44,938 bases of DNA from NCBI GenBank assembly GCA_013265495.1, contig MU057880.1:2324527-2369464 (forward strand), in the 5' to 3' direction. The notes under the pieces are model-generated. The model saw nothing but the letters and a program-made list of their open reading frames with translations. It ran no database searches and had not been told where the DNA came from. Numbering within the stretch: position 1 is the stretch's first letter; every line of letters starts with the position of its first letter. A program made the position numbers and the translations under genes. Below are positions 13,249 through 25,300 of the stretch, piece after piece. This DNA comes from Vicugna vicugna (Eukaryota).

Positions 13249-13522
13249 AGGGAGAGGATGTATAGTTTAGTGGTAGCAGTGTGAGGTCCTGGCTTCAATC
13301 CCCAGTGTCTCAGAAAAATGTATATATATGTGTGTGTATGTATAACTGAATCACTGCTGTACACCTGAAACTAACACTGTCAATCGACTACACTTCAATT
13401 AAATTTTAATTTAAAAGAAGAAAAAATACCTATAAATAAATTAACCTAATTACCTCCCCCTGCCCCAACATTTAAAAAAATAAAATTAAAAATTTTTTTA
13501 AATTTAAAACATTAAAAAACCC
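13249..13522 (+). mobile_element. tRNA-derived SINE (vic-1-like), copy 3, interrupted by a short L1 3' end (~13312-13425)
   Basis: Internally deleted head, then L1 terminus tataactgaatcactgctgtacacctgaaactaac..ctacacttcaatt, then the SINE 3' part aacctaattacctcccc and A tail. Confidence 0.8.
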
Positions 13523-14338
13523 AAGAAAGGAAGAAGCAGCATCAATATTCGTAAGCCCTAAAAGTTTGGTGACAGACACTGCTGCTCGGGGTAAACATTT
13601 GTGTATGTGAGTGTGTTTGCCCAGGGAAGGTTCATTGTAAAGGCTGTATTTTTAAGATCACCCTCCCCACAGAAATGCCAACAAAAAGATAAGCTCGGTG
13701 TTTTTAGAGATAAGGATTTATTGTGAAAAGGCAGGCAGTTCTGAGAGCATTTCCCCAAATAGGAAGTAGGCTTTCCTTGTTCTACGCAGACAATAATCCA
13801 CACGTAACATATTTAAGGTGGCCGCGATCAAGTACAAACACGCTGAGAGGCTGCCTTTTTTTTTAATGAACACGGGAGGAGTCAGCAGGGGAACTTCCTC
13901 CTGCAGGCTGCTGTCTTGAGCTGTAAACAGGGATTCACGTGGTCATTACATGGTCCAACCACCTGGGCTGCCAGTTATTTTTCACTAAGAAAAGCAGAAA
14001 TATGTTGGCGTTTCAGTTATTCTTTCAGATTAAGGTCACTTTTAATGGGTCACACTCAGCAGGATTTGTTGCATACATCTTGAGTTGCTTAGGTGATCTG
14101 TGGTAGAAGTTCTCCGTCTGGCTGTGTTTGGGCAAGGGCAAAACCTCTCCTGTGATGCAAGTACCTGTCTTGTAAAGGTTCAGCTGCCCAAGGGCAAGAA
14201 TTTTGGTCTGTTTTGCTCGCCGTGCCCACGTGATGGACTTTTTAATAAATATTTGTTCAGTGATTTAATGGACGTGGTATACCATTAACCTTCGTTTGCT
14301 CCTATAATAGATACTGAGTTGAGAATTTCATGACAGCA

Positions 14339-14580
14339 TGTTTTAGTCCTGCTAAGGCTGGTATTAGAAGGTACCCCAGATGCAGGGGTTAAACAACAGA
14401 AATTTATTTTCTCGTGGTTCTGGAGGCTAGAAGTTTGAGATCAAGACTGGTTTCCTCTGGGTGCATTCTGCTTGGCTGGGGACTGTCACCTTCTCCCCAA
14501 GTCTTCATGGGGACTTACCTCTGTGCCCAAATTTCTCCTCTTACAAGGACCTCTGCTTGCAAATTTCCTCTTCTTACAAA
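14339..14580 (-). mobile_element. MaLR LTR fragment (MLT1-like)
   Basis: ttaaacaacagaaatttattttctc..gttctggaggctagaagtttgagatcaag and caaatttcctcttcttacaa are hallmark MLT1 segments. Confidence 0.8.
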
Positions 14581-15166
14581 CCCAGCAGTGGGATTTGCTG
14601 GGATTGCTGGATCATATGGTAGCTCTGTTTGTAATTTTTTTTTTTGCTGAACTTCCATACTGTTTTCCATAGTGGCTCAACAGATTTACATTCCCGCCAA
14701 TGATGCACAGGATTTCGGGGAAATGACACCAAAAGCACAGCAAGAAAAGCAAAAATCAAACTGGTAGGACTTCATCAAACTGAGAAGCTTCCACACATCA
14801 GAAGACACAATCAGCAAGACTGAAAAGGCGACTTGTGGAATGGAACAGAACACGTGCACACCAAACACCAGATTAGGAATTGCTATCCAAAATGCACAAA
14901 AAACTCACACAACTCAATAAGCAGTAAAACAGAACAAAACAAAAATCTGATTGTAAAATGGGCAGAGGAACTTAGGAAACATTTATCCAAGGAAGATGTA
15001 CAGATGGCCAACAGGTCCAGGAAAAGATGCTAAATGTCACTGATCACAAGTGAGCTGCCACCAAAACCACCATGAGATACCACCTCACACCTGTTAGAAT
15101 GTCTTCTTCATCAAGACAAGAGATGGCAGGTGGTGGCAAGGAAGTGGAGAAAACAGACCCTCTTGT
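14581..15166. mobile_element. LINE-1 ORF2 remnant with an inverted segment (14581-14716 minus, ~14722-15166 plus)
   Basis: Minus part encodes ECKSVEPLWKTVWKF; plus part encodes KNLIVKWAEELRKHLSKEDVQMANR. The two are adjacent in the L1 ORF2 consensus. Confidence 0.85.
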
Positions 15167-16629
15167 ATCTGGCGATTACCTAGAATTCTTAAATTTAAAA
15201 GCTGAAGAGGAACTTAAAGGTGACTGAGTTTAGCAGCCATGCTTTACAGAGGAGGAAACGGAGGCTGATGGGGCTACTGGATTGGCTCAGGTCCCTCTCC
15301 TGGTGCTGCAGTTTCTGGGTCCCTGCAGGCTCCCCGACTCCCGATCAGGGGCTTCTTTCATATCGAGCTGCCACTCAGGGCGACTCTCCCCAAGGAACTG
15401 ACACGACCTCACAGTGTGTAGGATCATGGCCACGTGCCCCTGACGTTTTAGAAATGCGTGCTTGGGCAGGACAGCTCAGCTGCATCGAGGTTTCAGATCT
15501 CTCTTCTGGTCTTCCACCATCTGTCCTCCCGAAGTGCTGTGCCCACACGGGTCATCCACCCAGGCGCTTGCTGCCACCCTGCACATCAGAGCAGAAAAGC
15601 TTCCTTCTGGCTTACTAAGCAGGGGCGTGGATTAAGTTAGTGATGTATGTTACAGAACCTAGACTCTGCCTTCCATCGCTGACCACAGTCACTCACTCAG
15701 TAGCCCCAGAGCAATCTATCACTTCAGAATGCGCATCAGTTTTCATGGCAACTGAGATACGGGGTGGGGGGTGTGGAAATCCAGTTTTCACTTGGAGGCA
15801 CTTGGCCCAATCGTCAGCGTTTTTATACAGCTAAGACATTGCTGGAATTTTCCAGTCTAGACAGTAAGTAAAGGAGGGCAGGGAGGCTTTGGTTAGAGGA
15901 AAAATTAAAACTTAAAAAATAGTAAACAGTGTTTTTCTCCTCCAACTTCTTTTTATTTTTTTCCATTGCTCCCCCTTTTCTCTGAAAATCCCTGTAGACA
16001 GCTTCAAAAAGCAGAACTTCACAAGTGAACAACTCGATTGTTCCTTGAACCAGTGGGTGGGGTGACAGTCATAAGAAAACCCTTGAAAAATAAAGGACTG
16101 GCTTTCTCTGTTCTGTCCCAGGGTTGAATCTTTGAATCCAGGGGAAGTGAGTTCATTCTCCGCTCCTGCTTTTTTGGGTGGGGACTGCTGGGTGTGCTTG
16201 AAATGTGTGGGTGTGTGGTGATCTTCTTACAACTGTATCTTATTTTAATTTAAATATTTAAAAGCATCGAGGTTAATGGCAGCAACTAGTATATGCCTGC
16301 AGTAGCATTTGCTGAGTTATTTTTTTTCCAGCCTTTGTCATTGGAGGGGATTGATGTCTGATACTTCACTGAACCCAAGATCTGCATATTCTGTTTGTCC
16401 CACATCACGGACTTAATTTTGTTTTGCTTCCTTTTGTAGAACTTCTTTCAACCTTATCTCCCCAATACTGCCTTCACTTGGAACATTTCATTGCTTCTGA
16501 AGGAATGCTCTGTACCTTTCCAGCAGATGTGGAAGCAGATTAGCCAAATCCATACCTTTAATAACAATGTTATATCATGTCTGAAATACACATCTGCACT
16601 CTGACGCCTCAGTGAACAATATATACTTT

Positions 16630-16715
16630 AAAAAATGTTTTTTTGAAATGTAATTGATTTACAGTGTTAGTTTCAGGTGTCCAGCAAAGTGATTCAGTTA
16701 ATCACTATATAACTG
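16630..16715 (-). mobile_element. Very short L1 3' terminal insertion with TSD
   Basis: ttgaaatgtaattgatttacagtgttagtttcaggtgtccagcaaagtgattcagtt, flanked by AATATATACTTT (16618-16629) and AATATACACTTT (16716-16727). Confidence 0.8.
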
Positions 16716-17202
16716 AATATACACTTTTTGTATTGGCTTTGTGTGCTGTTTACTCCCTTCATGCAGATCGACACATTCCCTTTATTTTGTATCATCATAG
16801 TCCTGAGTAGTAACTCAGTTATTCTTTGAGCATCTCTGAGCCTTAATTCTCCCTTTATATAAACATATACATTTTGGCTTATAGTTTAAAAATCTGCAAA
16901 AGAAATTGCATTAACTTTTTCACATTATAATTGGAATCAATATTAACCAGAATGGTTAAATTCATCATGAAAACTTTTATTAGATAATTGCTTATTTACA
17001 GCTATATTGTAGTTATCAATCATAATAGCACTCCCTATCAAAGCAGTTTTGCATTTCTTGGACAATGAGAAAATTACTAGGAGTGAAGACGAATATATTC
17101 AGTTTGGTTTCTACTCTTACAGGTTGGAGAGAATAATTGAAAATAGCTTAGTGCTAATATTTTAGCCAGAATCTTGACATTTTTGAAAATGTTTAAAATA
17201 AG

Positions 17203-17690
17203 AAAGAAGTTGTGGTACATTTATACAGCAGAATACTACTCTGCCATAAAAAAGAATAAAACAATGCCATTTGCAGCAACATGGATAGACCTGGAGAATG
17301 CCATTCTAAGCGAAGTAAGCCAGAAAGAGAAAGAAAAACACCATATGATATCACTCATATGTGGAACTTTAAAAAAGACACAAGTGAACTTATTTATAAA
17401 ATAGAAACAGACTCACAGACATAGAGAACAAACTTACAGTTACCAGGGGGGAAGGGGGTGGGACAGGATAAGTTGAGAGACTGAGATGTGCAGATGCTAA
17501 TGACTATATATAAGATACATAACAAGTTTATACTGTACAGCACAGGGAACTATATTTAATATCTTGTAGTAACCTAGAATGAAAAAGACTAGGAAAACAA
17601 ATATATGTATGTACATGGATGACTGAAACCAGAAATTGACACAACATTGTAAAAAAAATTAATAAATAATAAATTTAAATTAAAAAAAAA
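17203..17690 (+). mobile_element. LINE-1 3' end with A-tail
   Basis: Peptide KKLWYIYTAEYYSAIKKNKTMPFAATWIDLENAILSEVSQKEKEKHHMISLICG, then 3' UTR and A-rich tail. Confidence 0.95.
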
Positions 17691-18764
17691 TTTAAATAAC
17701 GATAAAATCAGTGTTGACCCAAGACTGCCACATTAATTTCTGCCAATTATTTTTTCTATAAAACTGCCCCACTTCCCCACCACTGGCAAAGCGGGGCCCC
17801 ACGCCCACAGAGCGTGAGTCCCAGCAGGGGCAGGGTCTGCCCCAGAGGACAGATGTCCTTCTTCCTGACTGACAGACCAGCTTCTGCTTTTCCCAGCCTC
17901 TTCCCCTTGGGACAGCCTGAAGAGGAGAGGAGGTGTTTCCAGTTTGACACAGCTGAGATGTAGGGGTTGGTGACGGCACTGAGAAGGGTTTCAGGGATAC
18001 ACTGCGTTTCAAGAAAGGCTGTTGCAAGTGTAAAGATTTCTTCTGTAGCTCACAAGAGGGAGAGAGAGTCTTGCCCACAGGGGCAGGGGGGAAGGTACAA
18101 GGTCTGAGACGCATGTGACCTGTGCGGCAGCTTGTGAACAGACTAGACCAATCGGGACACAACGTGCTTGTCTTTGATGATCTGAGGATTAGGTGGGAAA
18201 GGCGAGCGAGGTCAGACAGTGAGGATCCCGAGTGCAGGGGAAGGAATTTGGATTTTATCCTCCAGATGAGAGATCACTCTAGGCGTTTGTCCAAATTCAT
18301 CACATGACCAGCAATAACTTGTTTTAGGTAGATTAACCCAAGGTTATGCAGCACGAAATAAAAGCAGTAAGGACAGACTGAAGCAAAAGGCTGCTCCATC
18401 CATGGTTGTCGGTCTCTACCTGACATCCAAGAAATGGGAGGAACTAATAGGATCTTTTTTTTATTATAGCAAATGTTAAAAACATTTTTACCTGGTCCTC
18501 AAAAAGAATCCAGACTTATTATACAGAAAATGCTGAAAACATGGATAGTATATGGAAGAAAATTATTCTTCCTAAATTCTCACTAAATTCTCACTATTCT
18601 TCCATTCTCACTAAAACCAGAGATGAATACTCTTGGCATATTTGGCACTTCTGATTTTTTTTGTTTTATTTCAATTAATGTGTGTCAAAGAATCATGGTA
18701 TATTAATGTTCTGTTTTATATAGCTTGGATTTCTTGTAATTTACTACCTAGTGGCCATTTCTGT

Positions 18765-18953
18765 TTTTGTTGTTCTTTTGTTGTTGTTTTTAATTGAAGT
18801 ACAGTCAGTTACAATGTGTCAGTTTCTGGTGTGCAGCACCATGTCCCAGTCACGCATATACATACATATATTCCTTTTCATATTCTTTTTCATTAAAGAT
18901 TATTACAAGAAATTGAATATAGTTCCCTGTGCTGTATGGAAGAAATTTGTTTA
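18765..18953 (-). mobile_element. Short L1 3' UTR terminal fragment
   Basis: attgaagtacagtcagttacaatgtgtcagtttctggtgt..aatatagttccctgtgct matches the termini of the longer L1 copies here. Confidence 0.88.
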
Positions 18954-18979
18954 TTTTAATAAAAAAAAAATCCTAGAAG

Positions 18980-20060
18980 TCCTCATTTTTAATGCCTGTA
19001 CAGTATTTCACCTTAAGAGTACAGCGTTGTTAACTATTCCACTATCGTAAATTTAGATCTTTATCAATGTTTTGTTACTATAAATGCTATTCTGATAAGC
19101 ACCAGTCAACACAGTCAACATAAATATTTTATTTAATATGATTTTTCTCCCTTCCCTGCAAATAAACTAATTAATTAAAAAAAACTCAGTGGAGCCTTTG
19201 TTCCTTATTTTTTTGGCCTGTTTTGATTTTGGTTCGTATCTCCCACTCCCCTTCCATAGTCCACTATAAAAATTGGGAGGCAGTTTCTAATGTTTCTAAT
19301 CAAACTTTTCCTGAAATTATCGCCTCCTTTTGGTGCTTGCTGTTTCAAATGGTGTATTTTAATCTATTGCTCTAGACCTGGACATTTAGGGGGTTTTCAC
19401 TTTTTCTCCTTTTCAATACTGTGATGACTTGATATTCACGTGCATGTATTTCCAAGGGTACAAATAAAAGGATACAAACCTCCAAAGTGAATTACAGGGC
19501 CCTGGGACAGATGCACCTTCAACTCTAGCATCCTGTGTCCATCAGTTACATCCACCAAAGTGGTACCAACTTACACTCACTTCTGCAGGCAGAGCAGAGA
19601 GATTCAATTTACCTGCATCCTTGGCAGTCCTTTCTTTTACATGCTTGCCAAGCTCATGGAAGTGAAATGGTATCTCCTTTTTTTTTTTTTTGGTAATATC
19701 TCTGTCTTGCATTTCTCTGATAACTAATGAATTTTAGCATGTTTTTGTACGTCCAGTGGCCATTCAAGCTTCTTACCTGAAATTTGCCCATTTTCTGTCA
19801 TTTGTCTTTTTTTAATACATATCCTGTGACAGGTATATGGTTTGCCAAAGTGTTCTCCCAGTATCTGGATTTTGATTCTTGTATAGCATAAAATTTAGGC
19901 AAATTTATTAAAGTTATCTCTTATGTTTTGGGTGTTTTTTATCTTGATTGCCAAGTTCTCCAGTGTCATAGGCTCTCATCTGTATTTTCTTGTAATTCTT
20001 TATGGGTTAATTGCTTTATATTAAATTTTTAATTCATCTGACACTCATTTGTGTAGCAAC
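18980..20060 (-). mobile_element. Old degenerate L1 (L1M-type) fragments
   Basis: tggtaccaacttacactc, gtgaaatggtatctc, ttgcatttctctgataactaatga, tttgcccattttct, ttctcccagt; boundaries approximate. Confidence 0.65.
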
Positions 20061-20448
20061 CAGGTGATTTTCCAGAATGAGGAGAGTGAAAAGTGGAAAC
20101 AAAAGAAAAATTGGGTAGACTCTATACGGGCTTCCACTGTATAAGTCCCTACTTGAACCATTGAGATGTTTTCTTTTTTGTTCAAACACCAGAGATCACA
20201 CCCACCATGGTTTGTGGTGAAGAAAGTGAATGTCTTTCCCGTTGAAAATCTTTTTCCACAGAGGCCCTGTCCAAGTTCATCTCCATGAAGTCTTTGCGAA
20301 GGAATGGCTGCTCGCTGGGGCTGAACATAATTTCACCTCCGGGGGTTTTCAGCCTGGTCTTCAGCCACCTACTTAACTTCACACATGAGCCCGGAAGGAG
20401 CCCGTTGTCCCTTTTAAAACAGTTGACATAGGTCCATTTTCCTTTCAG

Positions 20449-20656
20449 CAGTTCACAGAAACCGTGAGTCCTTCAGTGTTGCCCGCCGCGGCCCTGCCCC
20501 TGGACCTCCTTAATAACGCGGTCACTGCCTTCAGTACCTTGGAAGACCTGATTCGGTATCTTGAACCAGACAGATGGCAGTTGGACTTGGAAGACCTGTA
20601 CAGGCCAACGTGGCAACTGCTGGGCAAAGCTTTTGTTTTTGGAAGGAAGTCCAGAG
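20449..20656 (+). CDS. PDGFC: PDGF-C hinge-region exon (exon 4 by human numbering), ending in the RKSR activation site
   Basis: Translates QFTETVSPSVLPAAALPLDLLNNAVTAFSTLEDLIRYLEPDRWQLDLEDLYRPTWQLLGKAFVFGRKSR plus 1 nt, recognisable as PDGF-C. 208 bp; acceptor ttcag|CAG; donor AG|gtaagc at 20657. Confidence 0.97.
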
Positions 20657-23600
20657 GTAAGCACCCTCTTCAGGTTAGAACCTCATTTAATTTTCTCCGC
20701 AGCTAATGTTTCAGATTCTTCTGCCCCAACTTTGGATGAGTCGAGTTTGAAATTCTCCCGTGAGATATTTAAACAATCCATTGTCATAACACGTGAGCCT
20801 CTTTACCTGTGAAATAAGAAAACCTACAGAAGGAGGCCCTGACGTAGTGGGCTTGGAAGACTTAAAGAGATGCTTTTGCTGAGAATTCTCATTTCTTTCA
20901 TGCAAAAATATTTTGATGAAGTCTTCTGTTACATTTCACCAGAATCATTGCATCTTCAAATTTAATATAGGGAGGTAAACGGACTTAGAGACTCAAGGGA
21001 GATTATTGTAGCTGCTAACCCAAGGTTGGGGCTAGAAAAGTGGAAAACTCAATTAAAATCGTTGTCCACATGTCCCCGTGAGTCAGGATTATATCAATTC
21101 CCATTTCCTAAACCTAGAAACTTTTCAAAATAATGTGAAAAGTAACAGTGGCTTGTCATAAACTAGAACTAGTAGTTTCCAAGATTAGGGTGCACTGTAA
21201 GAAAATAATGGCCTGGAGGAGCCCACACGGTGGTAATTGCTCCCTGCGTGAAGATGCTTCCGAAATGATCACTTCTGACTGTTTGAGCTCATCTCCCTTC
21301 AACAGTGAAAGTGTTGATAATTAAACTTAATTCCACACGGTCAAGATATTGGAAATAATGCCAGCCGAGTTTGCTCAAAGGCTGGCTTATCTTCCCAGTA
21401 CCATTGGAGCTGGAAAGCATCCCGGTCAGACACAGGTGAAAATGTTAACTGGGTAATTAGAAGGCGAAAATCTGTTTCAGTCTGTCAGACACATTGAAGT
21501 CTACCCAGGGTCACTTTAAAGAAGGGACCGACAGTCTGAAGAGTGGCTGTAGAAAGAGCAGTGTTAATTTCAGCAACTCACAAGGGCAGATTGCATCAGG
21601 CATGTTCTTCTTCAGAAAGAAACCGGATTCCTGCCCTTTCCTGCTTAGAGGTGCAGCCTTTCTGCCCCAGGAACTTTCAGCTCGGTGGGTCCTGTTCCGA
21701 CTTGCCCAGCCACGGTATTTGGCTGTTTCCCTCAGCGATATTTGGAATCGTGGTTCAAGTCCATAGGCAGCTGAATCTTGTCCAGATGCTGAAAGCTGTT
21801 ACATATTTATAAGATTTGATCTTGATGAATAACTTACGAACACTTCCCTCCCCTCCCACTCAGGAACAGGGGAAAAAATGCAGACCTGCAAGGCTAGCTG
21901 AAACACCATGAATAGAGCTTTTGTGAGCAAATTTGAAGTAGATTTTCATGCAGATCTGTAAGAAGCAGAGCAGACAGATCTGTAAGAAGCAGAGGGAGTG
22001 AACAGGCTTCTGAGCTCTGATCTAGTTTTTTGACAGCTGATCTAGGGATTCAAGCCTGCTTATCTCCCCTCTGGTCATGCCTCTTTTGCCTGTATCTCTC
22101 TCTGCTCTGGGTGCTCAGTGAGGGTTTGGCCAGCGGCTAGTGTGTATTTAAAAGGTCCAGCACCCACCGCATCAGATCTTTCAAATATTCGTTGAACACT
22201 TTCCAAATTGAAGCCCTTTGCAGTTTGCCAAAGCTATTAACTTTTTTAAGCATACAGTAAGTGTGAGAAAAGCAGTGTATATTTTTGGAACTTTACATAA
22301 ACTAAAACGCAGGTGTGAGATAACATCTATGTAGACAAAACCAACTCCCCTCCCAAGAGTCTTTCTACAAAGGAACCAGGAGTAAAACGTTTAAAAGCTT
22401 CTAATTAAACACTGAAATAGATTTTCCACAGAATAAACATATCACAGTGTTACCACATTCATCATAGAAGGACCACCCTCAGATTGCATTATAGTAATAG
22501 AATACCTTTGGACTGACTATCTTAAGAGAATGAACACGAACAAAGTAAAATGTGATCATAAATTTTTTTCAACCAGTATTATCCTTTTTAGTAAAACCTG
22601 CAATACTTCTGCGTCTGAACAAGAAAATACGCATTAGAAACGTAAGTCTTCATTGATGACAGGCTGCAAATCTTCCTTCTTCAGAAAGACAGGCTAATGC
22701 ATGTACTGTCTTAGGGAACAGTTATGAAAAGGAAATAAAACTTCTGAAGGCTAAGTTTTACTTTACAAATATTTTGCAGAGAGAAACTTCAAAATATTTG
22801 AGTTATTTTTAAACGTATGTGTTGGTACATGATCCCTCTTTCTCTCTGTCTCTTTGCTGCCTAGACGTTCTGCCCTTTTGGAGAATTTATGACACCAAGT
22901 TGTAGTCACGTGACTTAACTTTAATGAGGCTTAGATGAGTTTGAAGCCCTGAAAGCAGGAAACCAGAATTTCAAATGAGATATGCCAGACTGAAGGTCCT
23001 TCCTTGCATTCTCAGCCCAGGGTGCACTGCATTAATGTTTTTTCCGTTCCTTTATTTGCCCTGCCTTCCTCTGGTTCAGGGTTTTCATTCATACCTTACT
23101 CCTGCCGAAAAAAAGAAAAACACCATATTTTCTAAGTCAAGCTTAACTAGTACTTTAAAAAGGGCTTTTGACTTTTGTGTCAAACATGATAAATGAGTAT
23201 AAGTGAGGTTGAAAGCATGTTTAAATTTTCACATTGTAGCAGGTACCCTAACTTCGTTCCCTTGGGAAATCCATCTAACCTTTTATTGTGGTTAAGTAAA
23301 CATTTGAAAGGGAACATACACAGTCTCATTTTCTAGTTTCATGAAATAGTCTGCTTCAAACTCTTTGAGGTAGATGAATAGCTTTTGCAAGTTAAGAGCT
23401 TCATTCACAGTCTAAAGAAGCATAAATCTTCAATAAGCATTAAAAATGTTGGCAGCCGGCTTTGGTAGGTGTGTGCCTGCTTTAGGCTTGCTCTCCCCCA
23501 GCCTCAGTACTAACTTCCAGAGAAAAGAGTTAAAGACGCTCATCTGCCGTTCGGCGGTGGGAGAGTAACGTGCACACAGACCATTAGTTCAGCAAAATGA

Positions 23601-25300
23601 AATCAGGTAAAATGCGTGACATCGTTTAACCTAATTATCTCATTAATTTTATTAGGGATAAGCTGGCCTTTTATGACACTCAAAAAGAATAAACTCATTT
23701 CCTCTTAAAAATTGAAAAGCTGTCCTTTCACAGGACCAGTTTTCAGATAAAAAGGAAATCTTTAGCTGTTCAGATAAAACAGTGATTGTTCTTTTGCAGT
23801 GGAGAAAACAATTTTTAGCTAAATAAGGTGTTGAAACGAGCCAATTGAATTAACATTTCTTTGGTGTTTCCCTCTACCTGACCAAGGTTTTAGTCAACCA
23901 TACAGTAAACCATATAGTTTATAGGTGCTTTTAATTTACAGTTGCACATGCATAATCTATAACATATTTTTGAAAATACTTATTATATTGGCTTCCTTTT
24001 AGAAAGGAACTTGACCACATGATACAAAAATAACATAGCTAAGAAAATAAGCATTTGATTTTTAATTACCTTGTCGTTTTAAAAGTATTTAAAAACATGT
24101 TGGCACAATTTTTAAAACTGGGTTACAGAGTGATTATTATTATCTGAAGCTCTCTTTAGCCAGAACCTATTATTTGTAATGTTCCCAATATTAGTAAAAA
24201 GGTTTTTAGCCAGATTTATTTTATTTTAGATAGTGTTCCTAAATTTTAACAAAAGCTCTAGTTTGAGGAAAGAAGAGCTTTGATAGATTGTCTGTTATTC
24301 AGAACTTCAATTTTATTGGAATTGCTTTTCTTGAATGTTTCTAGGGGAAAGGGCAAAGCCGTACAGCAGAAATTAAAATTAAATTACAGATGTTTATCCG
24401 AATAATTATCAACTACTTCATATGTTACATATAAATTCATATTAAACATGAAGTATTATTCAGTGTCATTTTGTAGTTTAAAACAATGGCTCTTGGAGAA
24501 CTTACTGTAACAATCTAATGAAAGGTAATTCTGTTCGGTCTTCACAAGTAGACACTCTTTTAAAGAATAAGGCACAACATAGTTAACCAACTTGCTAAAA
24601 GAATAACAATGGTTCTAAGTTAGATATTCTTTCATCCCTTAGAAGAAGAGAAATCTGAAGGAGTCTAGTTACGCTAAATTTCAAAGTCCCTAAATTACTC
24701 AATACACCAGTGCTTCTGCCCTTTTTAATGTATCCTCTTTTTCACTCCTGGTCCACTCAGCTGCCTTCAGAAATTCATTCCTTCTCATTCCTCTTCGCAC
24801 TCTATGATTCTTATTGCCAGAAAGATTGTAGAAATGTCTCTTAGCCAGTTTGGTAAGTCATTCTTCATGAATTGCGTGAGCTTTGTCATCCTTCAAAAAC
24901 TGCCCTTGCCTTTTCATCGAAGCGTTCGTCGCTGGACCTTCCGGGCTTCCTCCAGTCCTCCCCTTGCTCACTTTTCCACGAAGGTTACGCGTGTAGCCCT
25001 CCTTTTTCTCTCTGCAGTCTCCTGCCTGTAGCTCCGGACTCTGGGTGCTGTGTTCTTACCCCTGCACAGTGCCAACTCTTCACTGGCCCCTGAGTCGTAG
25101 GAAGCTTGCTTTACCACCGCGTAGAGGCCAGGCTTCCCGCAGCTTCACGCTCAGACCCGGTGAAGGTGATGAGGATGCTGCTGGGGTGGCTGTTCGTGAA
25201 ATAGCTAGACTTCGGCACGAGTGCGGACAGGGAGTCTGCGGAGGTGCGCACGGCTCAGCGCGCGAACGCCTGTCTTGCTTGCCCCCCGTGTGCCCCGCAG

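Larger units (their letters stand above)
1..20448 (+). other. PDGFC: Distal part of the PDGFC intron preceding the hinge exon (intron 3 by human numbering); starts upstream of the window
   Basis: Ends in a pyrimidine tract plus AG (ccattttcctttcag, AG 20447-20448). I found no CUB-domain coding exon in 1-20448. Confidence 0.85.
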
